From an uncultured Bacillota bacterium (GTDB lineage: Bacteria > Bacillota_I > Bacilli_A > RFN20 > CAG-826): a DNA stretch of 64,000 bases. The stretch spans positions 528,316 through 592,315 of the forward strand of contig CASEPN010000001.1 in NCBI GenBank assembly GCA_949289845.1, in the 5' to 3' direction. Of this stretch, positions 1 through 9,495 are shown piece by piece. The translations under genes were made by a program, and so were the position numbers. The notes under the pieces are model-generated. The model saw nothing but the letters and a program-made list of their open reading frames with translations. It was not told the origin of the DNA and searched no databases. Numbering within the stretch: position 1 is the first letter of the stretch; the number at the start of each line of letters is the position of its first letter.

Positions 1-1858
1 GGCTTCTTGTCCATTCCTGCATTCCGGGGTCGACGCAATAGATATAACAGCCTTTCTGTCCCCTAGTAAGCAAGGTCCGATACGTGTTGATGACGATCTC
101 CTCTGCAGTCTTCTGAGGAAGGGAACCTCCCTTATAGCCGCTCAGGGACTTGTCCGTGCGAGCCCTTTCCCCGGGAAGGGCGATCACCTTCCCGTTCCGA
201 TAGACGATATCGGGACCAAGGATCACTCCCACGTAATCGAACTCGAGCCCCTGGGAAGTGTGGATGCAGCCGATCTGTTCCACCGAGTCAGGATCAATCG
301 CCCAAGTAGAGGTGCCGGCGAAGTTCCATTGTGCGGAAAAGCCGCCTGGAAGAGATATGTCATTCTTGGATGGGTCCTTGTCGCTCACCCAGTCCCAGCA
401 GTAGCCGGCCAGCATCCTGGCCTTGTTCGCCTCCCTGTTCTTCAGGCGAACCAGGTCCATCATCGCCGAGGGGTCGTCGAAGAGCCGGACGTCATAGCCC
501 TCGAACCCCTTTTCAAGGCGAGAGGATCCGGACGGCTTCACGCCGATCAGTTCCTCGACGAAGGAAAGGAAGGCGTCCGATCCCCCGCAGCGGAACTCGC
601 TGACGAGGCGGAACTCCTCCCCGTCATGGACGATCGCCCCCAGCTCTCCGGCACACTTCCGGATCTCTTCCAAGGAACCGATGTCCCTGTGGTCGATCCT
701 CTGTCCCTCGTCGAGGAAGAAGACGGACAGGCGGGATGCGCTGATGATCTCGGAGATCTGGTTCACCCCTTTGTTCTGGAACATGCCGGAACGACGGTTG
801 AGCCGGTGGGCCTCGTCCACGAGAAGGACGTCGAAGGCGTTTGGCGCCTCATCGACGAAAGAACCTGAAGGCATGAACATCGCGTCGATGAAGGATTTCC
901 TGTAGCCATACCCTTTCATGAGCTTCGCCTTGTAGACGTTCCTCGGGGCGGCGTTCTTCGTCACGTAGGCCCCCCTCTCCCCCTTCCGGGTGAAGTGGGA
1001 GAGAAGCTTGAGGGCGAGGACGGACTTCCCTGTCCCCGGTCCTCCCTGGACGATGACCACGTGCTTCTTTCCGTCCTCCGTCATGCTGGACAGAAGGTGG
1101 ACGATGTTCTGGTAGACGACCTCCTGCTCGTCGAGGAGCACGAACTCGTCGTTCCCGTTGATCATCTCCCCCAAGGTGTCCTGGAGGGCCTTGGAAGGAC
1201 GGATCCTCCCGTTGTCGAGCAGCTCGAGGACTCTCCCGTCGTCCGGCTCCTTGACCCTCCTTGAGAAGTAGTTCCTGAGTTTCTCCCTGTCCCCCTTCAA
1301 AAAGAAGGGGGCTTCGGCGACCACGCTTCCGTAGCAGGGGGCCCCAAGGACGCTCCTATAGCGTTCCTCCATGTTGTGGAGGAAGGCGCAGGAGGAGATG
1401 AGGATTCGTTCCTTCCTCACATCCTCGTTGTAGTTCTCGATTGCGGCCTTGTAGCTATACGCCTGGTAGGAGGGATGGCTCAGCTCCCGGATCCCGTGGC
1501 CGACGATAGAGCGGACGAGGTTCTCCTTCTCGGTGAGCGCGACATAGTCCCACTGCTTCAGCTCGACGATCACCGCGTTCTCGCGTCCGTTCTGATCAAG
1601 GCCAGTAAGGATAAAGTCCACGCGCCGGGATGAGACAGGGAGCTTATATTCAATCGCGACGAGGGCGTCCCTCGGGACATCGCTCGCGCGGTCCAGGACC
1701 GCGCCCATCACCTCAAGGGAATTGTTCCAGGAACGGAACTCGGAAAGGCCGCCTCCCGCGACATTGTGCCTCCGGAATGCGTCCTCGATCTTTTCCGCGA
1801 TCCTTCCCTTGTCCACGTCGAGGAGGAAACCCCCGACGGTGCCCTTGTAGATGATCAT
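1..1858 (-). CDS. DUF2075-family (Schlafen-like) P-loop ATPase/helicase-like protein, partial (C-terminus runs off the window start)
   Basis: The minus-strand ORF starts with ATG at 1858 (MIIYKGTVGGFLLDVDKGRIAEKIEDAF...). It has a Walker A motif (VVIVQGGPGTGKS) and a Walker B motif (VLLVDEAHRL). The C-terminal LTRG..CYIYC motif is typical of DUF2075. The frame is still open at position 1. The six-frame track does not list it because it is truncated at the window edge. Confidence 0.7.
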   Translation of the reverse strand, partial: MIIYKGTVGGFLLDVDKGRIAEKIEDAFRRHNVAGGGLSEFRSWNNSLEVMGAVLDRASDVPRDALVAIEYKLPVSSRRVDFILTGLDQNGRENAVIVELKQWDYVALTEKENLVRSIVGHGIRELSHPSYQAYSYKAAIENYNEDVRKERILISSCAFLHNMEERYRSVLGAPCYGSVVAEAPFFLKGDREKLRNYFSRRVKEPDDGRVLELLDNGRIRPSKALQDTLGEMINGNDEFVLLDEQEVVYQNIVHLLSSMTEDGKKHVVIVQGGPGTGKSVLALKLLSHFTRKGERGAYVTKNAAPRNVYKAKLMKGYGYRKSFIDAMFMPSGSFVDEAPNAFDVLLVDEAHRLNRRSGMFQNKGVNQISEIISASRLSVFFLDEGQRIDHRDIGSLEEIRKCAGELGAIVHDGEEFRLVSEFRCGGSDAFLSFVEELIGVKPSGSSRLEKGFEGYDVRLFDDPSAMMDLVRLKNREANKARMLAGYCWDWVSDKDPSKNDISLPGGFSAQWNFAGTSTWAIDPDSVEQIGCIHTSQGLEFDYVGVILGPDIVYRNGKVIALPGERARTDKSLSGYKGGSLPQKTAEEIVINTYRTLLTRGQKGCYIYCVDPGMQEWTRS

Positions 1859-2024
1859 AGGTGGAGTATAAAGCAAGGCGACCCGGCCTCAAATTGCGCT
1901 TTTGAAAGGAAGCTAATGCGGCTGTTATCTGACAGATGATGTGAAACGTCGGAGGAGTCTGCGGCACCTCACCTCTCCCTCATTCTCGTAGAGCTCCCTG
2001 AGCTTGGCAACCTCGGCCTCGTCC

Positions 2025-3455
2025 GGGGTGTTGTTATCGGGTGACTTGTTTCCAGCTACTTATCGCGTGATTCGTTTCCATGCATCTCCACCCCTTAAGG
2101 AGTGCGTCTATCGGGTGAGTTGTTCCCAGCTAACCCCCGCGTGGGCGAACATTCCCCCGGAGGCATGAGGCATGAAGGAACTTGGCGGTGAGAACGTCAC
2201 CTCGGTCATCAGGAAGGCTGTCTCCGCGAAGCTGACGACGAGGCAGGCCGCAGCGAGGCTCGGGGCATCGAGGCAGTACGCGGACCGGCTCAAGAAGGCC
2301 TGCTCGGAGGGAGGGGCCCAGGCGCTCCGCCACGGGAACGAGGGGAGGGCCCCGGCATGGAAGACCGGCAAGGCCACCGAGGAGGCGGTCGTCGCGCCCT
2401 GCCGGGGAAAGTACGCAGGCTTCAACTTCTCCCACTTCCGGGAGAAGCTCCTCGAGAAGGAGGGGATCGGGATCGGCTACAGGCCGCCCCGCCGCATCCT
2501 GACCGAGGCGGGGATCCGCTCGCCAAAGGGCAGGAGGAAGGGGCGGAAGGCGAGGCCCGAGCATCCCTCGAGGCCGAGGAGGGAGAGGTTCGGAGAGCTG
2601 CTGCAGATCGACGCGAGCATCCACCGGTGGTTCGGCCCGGGCCTCCCGAGGGCGGCGCTCCACGGGGCCATAGACGACGCCACGGGAACGGTCATGGGGC
2701 TCTGGTTCGACAGGGAGGAGGCGCTCTCCGGCTACTACGAGATGGCTTGTCAGATCCTCACGAAATACGGGATTCCGGAGGCCTTCTACGGGGATAACAG
2801 GAGCATCTTCGGGCACGGGAGGTCCGCAGGGCGCGGCAAGGCGCCGGACAGGGACGTGCGCACCAACTTCCGGCGGATCCGCCGGCAGCTTGGCATAGAG
2901 CCCATCACCACATCCGTCTCCCAGGCGAAGGGGCGGGCGGGGAGGCTCTGGGCCACGCTCCAGTCGCGGCTGGTCTCCGAGCTTAGGCTGAGGGGCATCG
3001 CGACGATCGAGGAGGCCAACCGCTTCCTCCCCTCCTTCACCGCGGACTTCAACCGGCGGTTCGCCGCGCGGCCGGACATGGAGAGGTCGCTCTTCGCGCC
3101 AGCGCCGAGGGGGATCGACTTCTACCTGTCGGCCGAGTTCCGGAGGGTGGCGGACAACGGGTCGTCCTTCGGCTTCGAGGGGAGGAGGAACCAGCTCGTG
3201 GACGAGGAGACCGGGGAGGTGAAGGAGGTCCCTCCCGGCTCGGAGGTCCGGGTCTACGTGACGCGCTCGGGGAAGCGGGTCGCAGCGTTCGGGGGCAGGA
3301 TCTGGGGCCTGGCCGAGGCGGGGCGAAGGAAGGCCGGGCCCAAGCCGAAGAAGCCAGGGAGGCCGAGGTACGTCCCGGGCCCGGGCCACCCGTGGCGCCG
3401 CTACGTCCTTAAGGCGGCGAAGAGATAGGAAACAAGTCACCCGATAACGACACCC
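2025..3455 (+). mobile_element. Intact insertion sequence (IS481/ISNCY-like), ~1.43 kb, with ~28-bp terminal inverted repeats
   Basis: The left end reads GGGGTGTTGTTATCGGGTGACTTGTTTCC (2025-2053). The right end reads GGAAACAAGTCACCCGATAACGACACCC (3428-3455). The two ends are reverse complements of each other with 1 mismatch. A single transposase ORF lies between them. A subterminal imperfect direct copy of the IR core (TCTATCGGGTGAGTTGTTCCCAGCTA) lies at ~2107-2132. Confidence 0.8.
2172..3428 (+). CDS. DDE transposase of the IS element (IS481/ISNCY-type, N-terminal HTH plus rve-like core)
   Basis: A 418-aa ORF with an N-terminal HTH (TTRQAAARLGASRQYADRLKKA), HGNEGR, and integrase-core-like motifs (ELLQIDASIHRWF, IDDATG). 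It lies between the IRs, and its stop codon overlaps the right IR. Confidence 0.8.
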   Translation: MKELGGENVTSVIRKAVSAKLTTRQAAARLGASRQYADRLKKACSEGGAQALRHGNEGRAPAWKTGKATEEAVVAPCRGKYAGFNFSHFREKLLEKEGIGIGYRPPRRILTEAGIRSPKGRRKGRKARPEHPSRPRRERFGELLQIDASIHRWFGPGLPRAALHGAIDDATGTVMGLWFDREEALSGYYEMACQILTKYGIPEAFYGDNRSIFGHGRSAGRGKAPDRDVRTNFRRIRRQLGIEPITTSVSQAKGRAGRLWATLQSRLVSELRLRGIATIEEANRFLPSFTADFNRRFAARPDMERSLFAPAPRGIDFYLSAEFRRVADNGSSFGFEGRRNQLVDEETGEVKEVPPGSEVRVYVTRSGKRVAAFGGRIWGLAEAGRRKAGPKPKKPGRPRYVPGPGHPWRRYVLKAAKR

Positions 3456-3479
3456 TTTTGCCTAATACTCCCGCAACAA

Positions 3480-4280
3480 TCAGCGCTTGATTTTAAAGAC
3501 AGACTCTTCGGAGGCCGCAGTCGCCACAAAGAAATGATTCGCATCGGTAACAGCTGGCCAAGTCGGCCCTAAACGGGAACCATCGTTGTCAAACCAATCA
3601 TCAAATGAAACAGTTAGATTAGAAAAGTTTGATAGAGGAAAGCAATCAAGCAAATCATGGTCTTTTTCCGTAGGGGCCTTTTGACAAAATATGAATGCCA
3701 ATGGGTAAAAATAGAGAATTGAAACAAAGCCAGAAATTCTTTTTAAGCCTGCCCCTATTGTCCAAGGGACAAAGTTTCTTAATACAACTTGAGATTCCTC
3801 GTACGGATAGCCAAGACAAAGCAGTGAATACTTCCTGCAGAATTGGCATACAGCCTCCGACTGTTCACAAGAACTTCTAAAAAACCTCCTCATATCATCG
3901 TCTTCTTGCATCTGCGATGGCCTAGATGCGGCTAGAAGATGTCCAGTCACTGCCTTGCAAACCTTGTGCATATCAAACTCGTGCTCATTAGTAGATCCCA
4001 TTAGTTGATGGAGGCATGCTTTATAGAATTTTGTTAATTCTGGATCATACTTTGCTCCAAGTTCGCTATTGCATTTAGAACAGATTGTAATGAATTTAAT
4101 TCCATTTTGAGAGTGGAGCGGAAGAATCTTCCGAGACTCCTTGTTATGTTCCACAAGGTAATCAACTGAAAATCTTTTGTAGTAGGTATCGAAATGGTTT
4201 CCACAGGATTTAGGCGGAATGTGATCTTCAGAAAGAATCGATTCCCGCAAGCAAATTGAACAAATTCCTTTCGTTCCCAT
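3480..4280 (-). CDS. HNH endonuclease-domain protein with a C-terminal domain of unknown function, in a ~40% GC island
   Basis: The N-terminus shows a C-x2-C ... EDHIPPKSCGN ... CSKCN pattern, which is the HNH/His-Me finger signature. The track ORF 3480..4301 begins at GTG. The first ATG (MGTKGICSICL) is at 4280. The GC content is far lower than the flanks, which suggests horizontal acquisition. The gene lies 25 bp from the IS right end. Confidence 0.55.
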   Translation of the reverse strand: MGTKGICSICLRESILSEDHIPPKSCGNHFDTYYKRFSVDYLVEHNKESRKILPLHSQNGIKFITICSKCNSELGAKYDPELTKFYKACLHQLMGSTNEHEFDMHKVCKAVTGHLLAASRPSQMQEDDDMRRFFRSSCEQSEAVCQFCRKYSLLCLGYPYEESQVVLRNFVPWTIGAGLKRISGFVSILYFYPLAFIFCQKAPTEKDHDLLDCFPLSNFSNLTVSFDDWFDNDGSRLGPTWPAVTDANHFFVATAASEESVFKIKR

Positions 4281-4380
4281 ACGAACACCCTTGTGCCCCA
4301 CTATGTCACAGTACTCGAAAGTTCTTTTTTAACTCCGCTGATGCATAAATTCTTTGCTCCAAGTAGAGCGTGAATGCTCG

Positions 4381-5319
4381 CTAAGGGTTGAGTTGTGCCA
4401 TCCTATCCCTCATCTCCCCCTCCAGAAGCTCCAGGGTGAGACCTGTCTGGCCTACCTTCTTCGAAAGGGACCTCGCCGCTTCATGGAAGAGATGGTCCGC
4501 GCCCATGACGAGCTCCCCGAAGTCCATGGACTTGTCCATGTGGGCGAGAAGCCCTGCGAGGAACCCCGCGAGGGCGTCCCCCGACCCCGCCCTGGCAAGG
4601 GAAGGGACGGGCTCGTAGACGGACTCGATCTCCACCCCGTCCTCCTCCTCGTCCTTCCCAAGGAAGAGGGAGGAGGATCCCTTTAGGAGGATGTCCACCC
4701 CGTAGGCGTCGGAGAAGTCCTCCGCCTCCGCGGCAAGCACGTCCCAATCCACCTTCTCCGGGGAAAGATGCCCGAAGAGGGCGCTCGCCTCCCCGGGATG
4801 GGGCAGGAGAAGCACATGCCCTCCTTCCTTCCTCTCCTCCAGGAGGGAAGGCTCCGCGGCGATCATCCTAATCCCCGTCCCGTCGATGAGGACGTTCCCC
4901 GGGAACTTGGAGAGGATCTTCCCGAGAAGCCTCCGGTTCCCCGGGGAATCCGCCATCCCGTTCCCGAAAAGGAGGGAGTCCCCTTCCGGGAACTCCTCCG
5001 GAAGGAGGTCGTCCCCTTCCTTCCCCGAGGGAAGGGACGGGATATGGCACACCTCAAGGGGCACAAGGACGCGCGAGGCTTCCTCGATCGAGGAAGGGAC
5101 GGAGAGGGTCACGTACCCCGGCCCTCCGAGGAGGGCGTACCTGCTCGCGATCATGGGCGCGCCCACGTACTTCCTGGATCCGCCCAGGACGAAGCACTTC
5201 CCGTAGTCCCCCTTGTGGGAATGGGGATCCCTTTCCGAAAGGAGGCGGAGGAGCTTCTCCGCGAAGTCCCTCGGATCGGGATATCTTTCCTCTTCCTCGA
5301 ATTCCATGATTGCCCTCAC
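4381..5319 (-). CDS. nnrD: ADP-dependent NAD(P)H-hydrate dehydratase (YjeF C-terminal/Nnr family)
   Basis: The motifs KGDYGKCFVLGGSRKYVGAPMIASRYALLGGPGYVTL and GSGDALAGFLAGLLA are typical of the carbohydrate-kinase-like YjeF-C domain. The track start is GTG at 5319. An alternative ATG lies at 5307 (MEFEEE). Confidence 0.75.
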   Translation of the reverse strand: MRAIMEFEEEERYPDPRDFAEKLLRLLSERDPHSHKGDYGKCFVLGGSRKYVGAPMIASRYALLGGPGYVTLSVPSSIEEASRVLVPLEVCHIPSLPSGKEGDDLLPEEFPEGDSLLFGNGMADSPGNRRLLGKILSKFPGNVLIDGTGIRMIAAEPSLLEERKEGGHVLLLPHPGEASALFGHLSPEKVDWDVLAAEAEDFSDAYGVDILLKGSSSLFLGKDEEEDGVEIESVYEPVPSLARAGSGDALAGFLAGLLAHMDKSMDFGELVMGADHLFHEAARSLSKKVGQTGLTLELLEGEMRDRMAQLNP

Positions 5320-5651
5320 CTCCTCAGGAAGCGCTCGTCCCCAGGGTTCTCCCCCGCGGGAAGGAACCTTTCCGCCTCGACGGCCAGATCGTACTTCTCC
5401 CTCAGGGAAGCGATCCTTCCCATAATCGGAGAGGCATGGTGAAGGTCCAGCGCCTCCTGGGACTCCCAGGAGTCCACGAGGAGGAGGACCTCCGGGTCCT
5501 CGAGCGAACGGTAGTGCTCATAGCGAAGGTTCCCCTTCTCCTTCCTTATCTCCTCCATGAGCCCCGACTCATGCATCTCCCTGGAGAAGAGGAGCGCGCT
5601 TCCTCCCTTCCCCCTGTAGCGGAGCAAGATGGTCAAAGGCTTCCCGTCCAT
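5316..5651 (-). CDS. ABM-domain (antibiotic biosynthesis monooxygenase-like) protein
   Basis: A ~110-aa product with a ferredoxin-like ABM pattern (MDGKPLTILLRYRGK...LLLVDSWESQEALDLHHASP). The track ORF 5316..5690 starts at TTG, so the ATG at 5651 is preferred. The stop overlaps the nnr start. Confidence 0.6.
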   Translation of the reverse strand: MDGKPLTILLRYRGKGGSALLFSREMHESGLMEEIRKEKGNLRYEHYRSLEDPEVLLLVDSWESQEALDLHHASPIMGRIASLREKYDLAVEAERFLPAGENPGDERFLRR

Positions 5652-5765
5652 CAAATGATTCTTCGTTCCCATGCCCGTATGGTGGGGCAAGGAAAACGCC
5701 TGGTCAAGGGAGGCAGGCGTCCTGGGACGGAGATGGACGTCCGCGGGGAGAAGGAGCGGCCTTCG

Positions 5766-7574
5766 CTACCAGATCCTCAGCGCGAGCGTCGCCAAAAAGC
5801 GCTGGCGCTCGTCGACCTCGTCTTTCCTGAACTTGTCCGGATACTTGTCCACGAGCGTCCTGATGAGGTCGAACCACTCCACGGGGCAGTACCCGTCCTT
5901 CTGCACCGTCATGTAGAAGGACCTCTTCTCCGGATAGCTCGCGTTGCCGACGGCGGCATTATGCTCGAGCGAGAGCAGAGCCATGTTGCCGAGGCGATTG
6001 ATGAGAGTTTCCTTCGGGTCGTCCCGGATCTCGTCCGGCACGAGGGCTGGCGCATACCAATCGTCCAAATCGACGGTCTGCGGGACGATGTGCTCGAGGG
6101 TGAGCTTGTCGCTCGCGGCGGTCTTGTGCCCGTCTCCCCTTTCCTTCCGGAGGAGATCGTCGAGCCTCCGCATATAGAAGCGCCCGACCGCGTCTTTCCC
6201 GGTCGCGTAGTGGGCGAAGCATTCCAGGAACTCGGTGTCCGAGGCGATCGACCGCTTCTCATCCTCGACGTCCTTCACAAGGTCGGCGAGCGGTACGCTC
6301 ACGGTCATCTTGCGGATCAATCCGGAGAAAATCGGGTCGAGCTTGTTCGGGGACTTGTCGCAGATCTGGAGGCGGACGACGAGGGCTTCCGCCTGGCTGA
6401 AGAAGGCGACCATGTCCTTGGCGGCCTTCATATAGTCGTCCCTGTAGTAGATCGCGGCGCTCAGAAGAATGGTGTAGACCTGCTCCATCCTCAGCTCGGA
6501 TAGCCCTTCAAGGATGTCCCGGAAGGCCGGGAGGAACTTTTCGGGAGTCCGGAGCGAGGAATAGAGATCCGCGTAGGCCTCAAGGTCCCGGAGGAACTTG
6601 AAGTAGTCCCGCTTCGCCTCCTCCTCGAACAGCTTGCCGAACTCCTTCGGCAGCCCGTTCTTCGTGCATCTTTTCGCGCTCCGGGCGAAGACGAGGCTCA
6701 CCAGGAAATCGGTGACATGCTGGTCCCCGACCTTCTCAACGATGCGGTCCCACGCTTCCCGCTTCTTGTCGCGGGCGCTTTCGCTCTTCGCCCAGCTGAA
6801 TACCTTGTTCTTGATCCGGTCGGCTGCCGTGAGGTCGAGCCCCTTCCCGTTCAGGGAATCGAAGACCTGGAAGGCGTTGATCGAGTCGCAGCATTCGATT
6901 TCCACAAGGAGAATCTTCTTGTTGAGGGTCTCGACGATCTTGTTGTAGAAGTCGTAGGCGTCGTAGCCGGCGCGGCCCGCCTGCCTTCCCTGCTCGTCGC
7001 CAATGACCTTGCGGATCGTCGCGACCGCCGCGTTCATCCTCTTCGCCCCGGTGTACTTCTTGTTGCAGGGGATCTTCCTTCCAGTGAGCATCTCGTTGAA
7101 CAGGACGCCGGTGTTCCCGTTGAGGATCAGGACCGGGAATGGCAAGTTCCCGGGCTGCTCGGGACCGGACTGGTAGATCATGCCCTCGAGCCGTTTTTCC
7201 AAGGATTTCCTTGCGTTGGGGTCCACGATTCCCGAATCAGTCATCACCATGTCCAGGAGAACCTTCACGATCAGCGAAAGCGTCGTCAGCCGTTGCTGCC
7301 CGTCCACGACGTGCCGGGGTTCGTTGCTCTCGCCATAGAGGGTGTCGTCCAGGTCGATCGCCATCGAGGTGGCTTCGCGCGAATCGAAGGGAACGGTCAC
7401 GAGCGTCCCGATGAAGTGCTCGTCTTCCGCTTCCTCGCCAAAGGCGACCCCCAGGATGTCGAGGCAAAGGGTCTCGGCATTGGAAGCGTGCCACGCGTAG
7501 TCCCGCTGGTAGTCGGGGATCGCGTAGCACTTGGCGTTGTTCAGGACTTCGTGAAGGGGCGTGGGCTTTGGCAT
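5766..7574 (-). CDS. GmrSD-family (DUF262 + DUF1524) putative modification-dependent restriction endonuclease
   Basis: The N-terminal DUF262 domain carries the DGQQRLTTL signature. The C-terminal DUF1524 domain carries LEHIVPQT and NRLGNMALLSLEHNAAVGN, the His-Me finger nuclease motif. The ATG is at 7574 (MPKPTPLHEV), preceded by AAGGAG. Confidence 0.75.
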   Translation of the reverse strand: MPKPTPLHEVLNNAKCYAIPDYQRDYAWHASNAETLCLDILGVAFGEEAEDEHFIGTLVTVPFDSREATSMAIDLDDTLYGESNEPRHVVDGQQRLTTLSLIVKVLLDMVMTDSGIVDPNARKSLEKRLEGMIYQSGPEQPGNLPFPVLILNGNTGVLFNEMLTGRKIPCNKKYTGAKRMNAAVATIRKVIGDEQGRQAGRAGYDAYDFYNKIVETLNKKILLVEIECCDSINAFQVFDSLNGKGLDLTAADRIKNKVFSWAKSESARDKKREAWDRIVEKVGDQHVTDFLVSLVFARSAKRCTKNGLPKEFGKLFEEEAKRDYFKFLRDLEAYADLYSSLRTPEKFLPAFRDILEGLSELRMEQVYTILLSAAIYYRDDYMKAAKDMVAFFSQAEALVVRLQICDKSPNKLDPIFSGLIRKMTVSVPLADLVKDVEDEKRSIASDTEFLECFAHYATGKDAVGRFYMRRLDDLLRKERGDGHKTAASDKLTLEHIVPQTVDLDDWYAPALVPDEIRDDPKETLINRLGNMALLSLEHNAAVGNASYPEKRSFYMTVQKDGYCPVEWFDLIRTLVDKYPDKFRKDEVDERQRFLATLALRIW

Positions 7575-7812
7575 GGGTTTCTCCTTTGTTCCCTTCCAAT
7601 GTAACCCCCACCCCAGGAAAGTCAACCGCGCACAGGAGCAGTTGTAAGTTCTTTATTTAACTTCCCGCTTTTCCCCTATTCGGGAAGTTGGTTTGGGAAA
7701 CCCTGGGGGCAGGTCCATGCCTCCATTTCCCTCGCCTTACGAAGGCCTGCAAGCTTTGCGCTAAAAAACGAGCCCTCTTCGAGAGAAGGCCCGCTTTAAG
7801 GGTTTATCCGGC

Positions 7813-8451
7813 CTAGTCCTTCGGCCCGTCCTGGGGCGTCTTTTCCCCCTCGCCCTTCCAATCGACCTTCGTCATGAGCGACCAGGAGTTGCTCACTCCT
7901 CCTGCCAAGGCGGCGCACCCGAAGAGGACGAGGAAGGCGGCGCCTCCCTCCCCAATCCCTGCGAATAGGTTGGAAGCGAAGGAGTTGATCCACCGGAAGG
8001 AGGCGGGGACGAGGCAAAGGAAGAGGATGGAGAGGGTGAGCGCGACTAGAAAGAAGGCCCCCTTGAGGAGAAGGGTTCCCTCGACCTTGGGGTAATGTTC
8101 TCCCTTCTTCCCCTCTCCTGCGGCGTCCTCGGAAGAGATGGAATCCGCCTTCTCCGCGTATTCCCTCAAGGACATTCCCCTCCAGTGGAGAGAGAAGAGG
8201 AGCACGAGGGCTTCCGTCCCCAGGGAAAGGGCGACCGCGAGGAGCACCGCCCCGAGGCAAAGGAAGACGGAGGGAAGGGACGTGTTGATCCCGTTCCTCC
8301 CGAAGAGGCTGAGGGTGCCGAGAACCGTCCCGTCATCGGAGAAAAGGGAGTAGAGAGGCACTGCAAGGAGAAGTACCAGCCCGATGAAGTAGAGGACAAT
8401 CGATAGCACGGTCAGGGCGATTTGCCCCGCGGGACGTTTCTTTTCTTTCAT
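7813..8451 (-). CDS. Hypothetical polytopic membrane protein
   Basis: A 212-aa ORF with an ATG start preceded by GGAGG and several hydrophobic helices. No recognisable motif. Confidence 0.5.
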   Translation of the reverse strand: MKEKKRPAGQIALTVLSIVLYFIGLVLLLAVPLYSLFSDDGTVLGTLSLFGRNGINTSLPSVFLCLGAVLLAVALSLGTEALVLLFSLHWRGMSLREYAEKADSISSEDAAGEGKKGEHYPKVEGTLLLKGAFFLVALTLSILFLCLVPASFRWINSFASNLFAGIGEGGAAFLVLFGCAALAGGVSNSWSLMTKVDWKGEGEKTPQDGPKD

Positions 8452-9495
8452 GTATTTTCACCTCCTAGCGGGACCCACGATACTCCTGTTTTGCTCGGAA
8501 AAGAGGAATACGCGCCCAACGAGTGCCGCCTGGCTTCATTCCGGCGCCCGGATGCAAAGTCACGGCAAGGGAACTCCTGGATGCCAGGCCAAGCTTTTCG
8601 ACGATCAAGAAGCTCGGTCCTAGGGCAGTTGGCCCAGGAATGAACCTATAAACAGGGTGAAAGGAAATGATATGGGGCGAAGCCAGGCAGCCAGCCGCAA
8701 AGGCTAGGACAATGATCCGTTTCTATCCGAAGGAAAAGAGGCATTTCAGAGGCCACAAGACATCTGTCCATGGGAAATGGATCATGCACCCTTCCTACAC
8801 CGTCGGAGAGGAGGGCCCTATTTCTATTCGTTCGGGATTACTCATTCGAACAAGAAGGGAAAAGGCCATAACAACCACCTTCTCGCAAAAAATCCCGAGC
8901 TCGGGAGGCATGAGAACGCCTACCTGCGAAAGCAACTGGTGCGCGATCGGAAAAACCAGTACACGAAACGCGAGCTAGAGGGCTTTGAAATGAGCGAGGC
9001 AGACGACGAATATGTGACCGCGCTTCTCAAGAAGCGAAGATGAAGATCAGCGAATCAGGCGCAGATCTCACATAGCTGCTGTTGATTCTTCCGCAGGTCC
9101 GGGACACGAGAGCCTTGCTTCCCTTGCCACCGTCGCGCCCGAGCATCATTATCGAAGCTCAAGAAATCAACGGAACCCAATCAGAGAAAGAGGGCCTTCG
9201 TCACGTGGGGATCTCCATTCCTAGAAGCCCGGCGAGCCGTGACCAGGTGGAACGTCGACGCCCAACAGGAAACAGGCAAGGGCCGCCACTGGTCAGCGAT
9301 TTCATCGATCGGAACGAAAAAACGCTCCCCGCGCACGTCCAACCCGTTTCCGGCGACACACATTCCAGAAGGGAGCAGTAATACTTTACCCTAGATAATG
9401 AGAAGAAGGCAATGCCTTACCGCCAAATGTGATATAGCAAAGGTCCCAACCTAACGAATTAAGCCAAGTCCAGGCCAAGAGACGGACCAAAGAAA

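Noticed and set aside
1968-2024. Coding-like stretch abutting the IS left end as the remnant of a disrupted gene
   Set aside because: It is too short (19 codons before the IS boundary) and has no identifiable homolog from the sequence alone. It is mentioned only as a possibility within the IS finding.
2130-3440. 436-aa minus-strand ORF covering the whole transposase gene
   Set aside because: It is antisense to a well-supported transposase ORF. The product is Arg/Pro/Gly-rich low-complexity sequence, typical of spurious antisense ORFs in high-GC DNA.
8667-9381. Track ORFs of 103, 88 and 99 aa in the AT-richer stretch, as IS3-type transposase fragments
   Set aside because: The similarity to transposase leucine-zipper segments is impressionistic. 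There are no DDE motifs, no IRs and no continuous frame.
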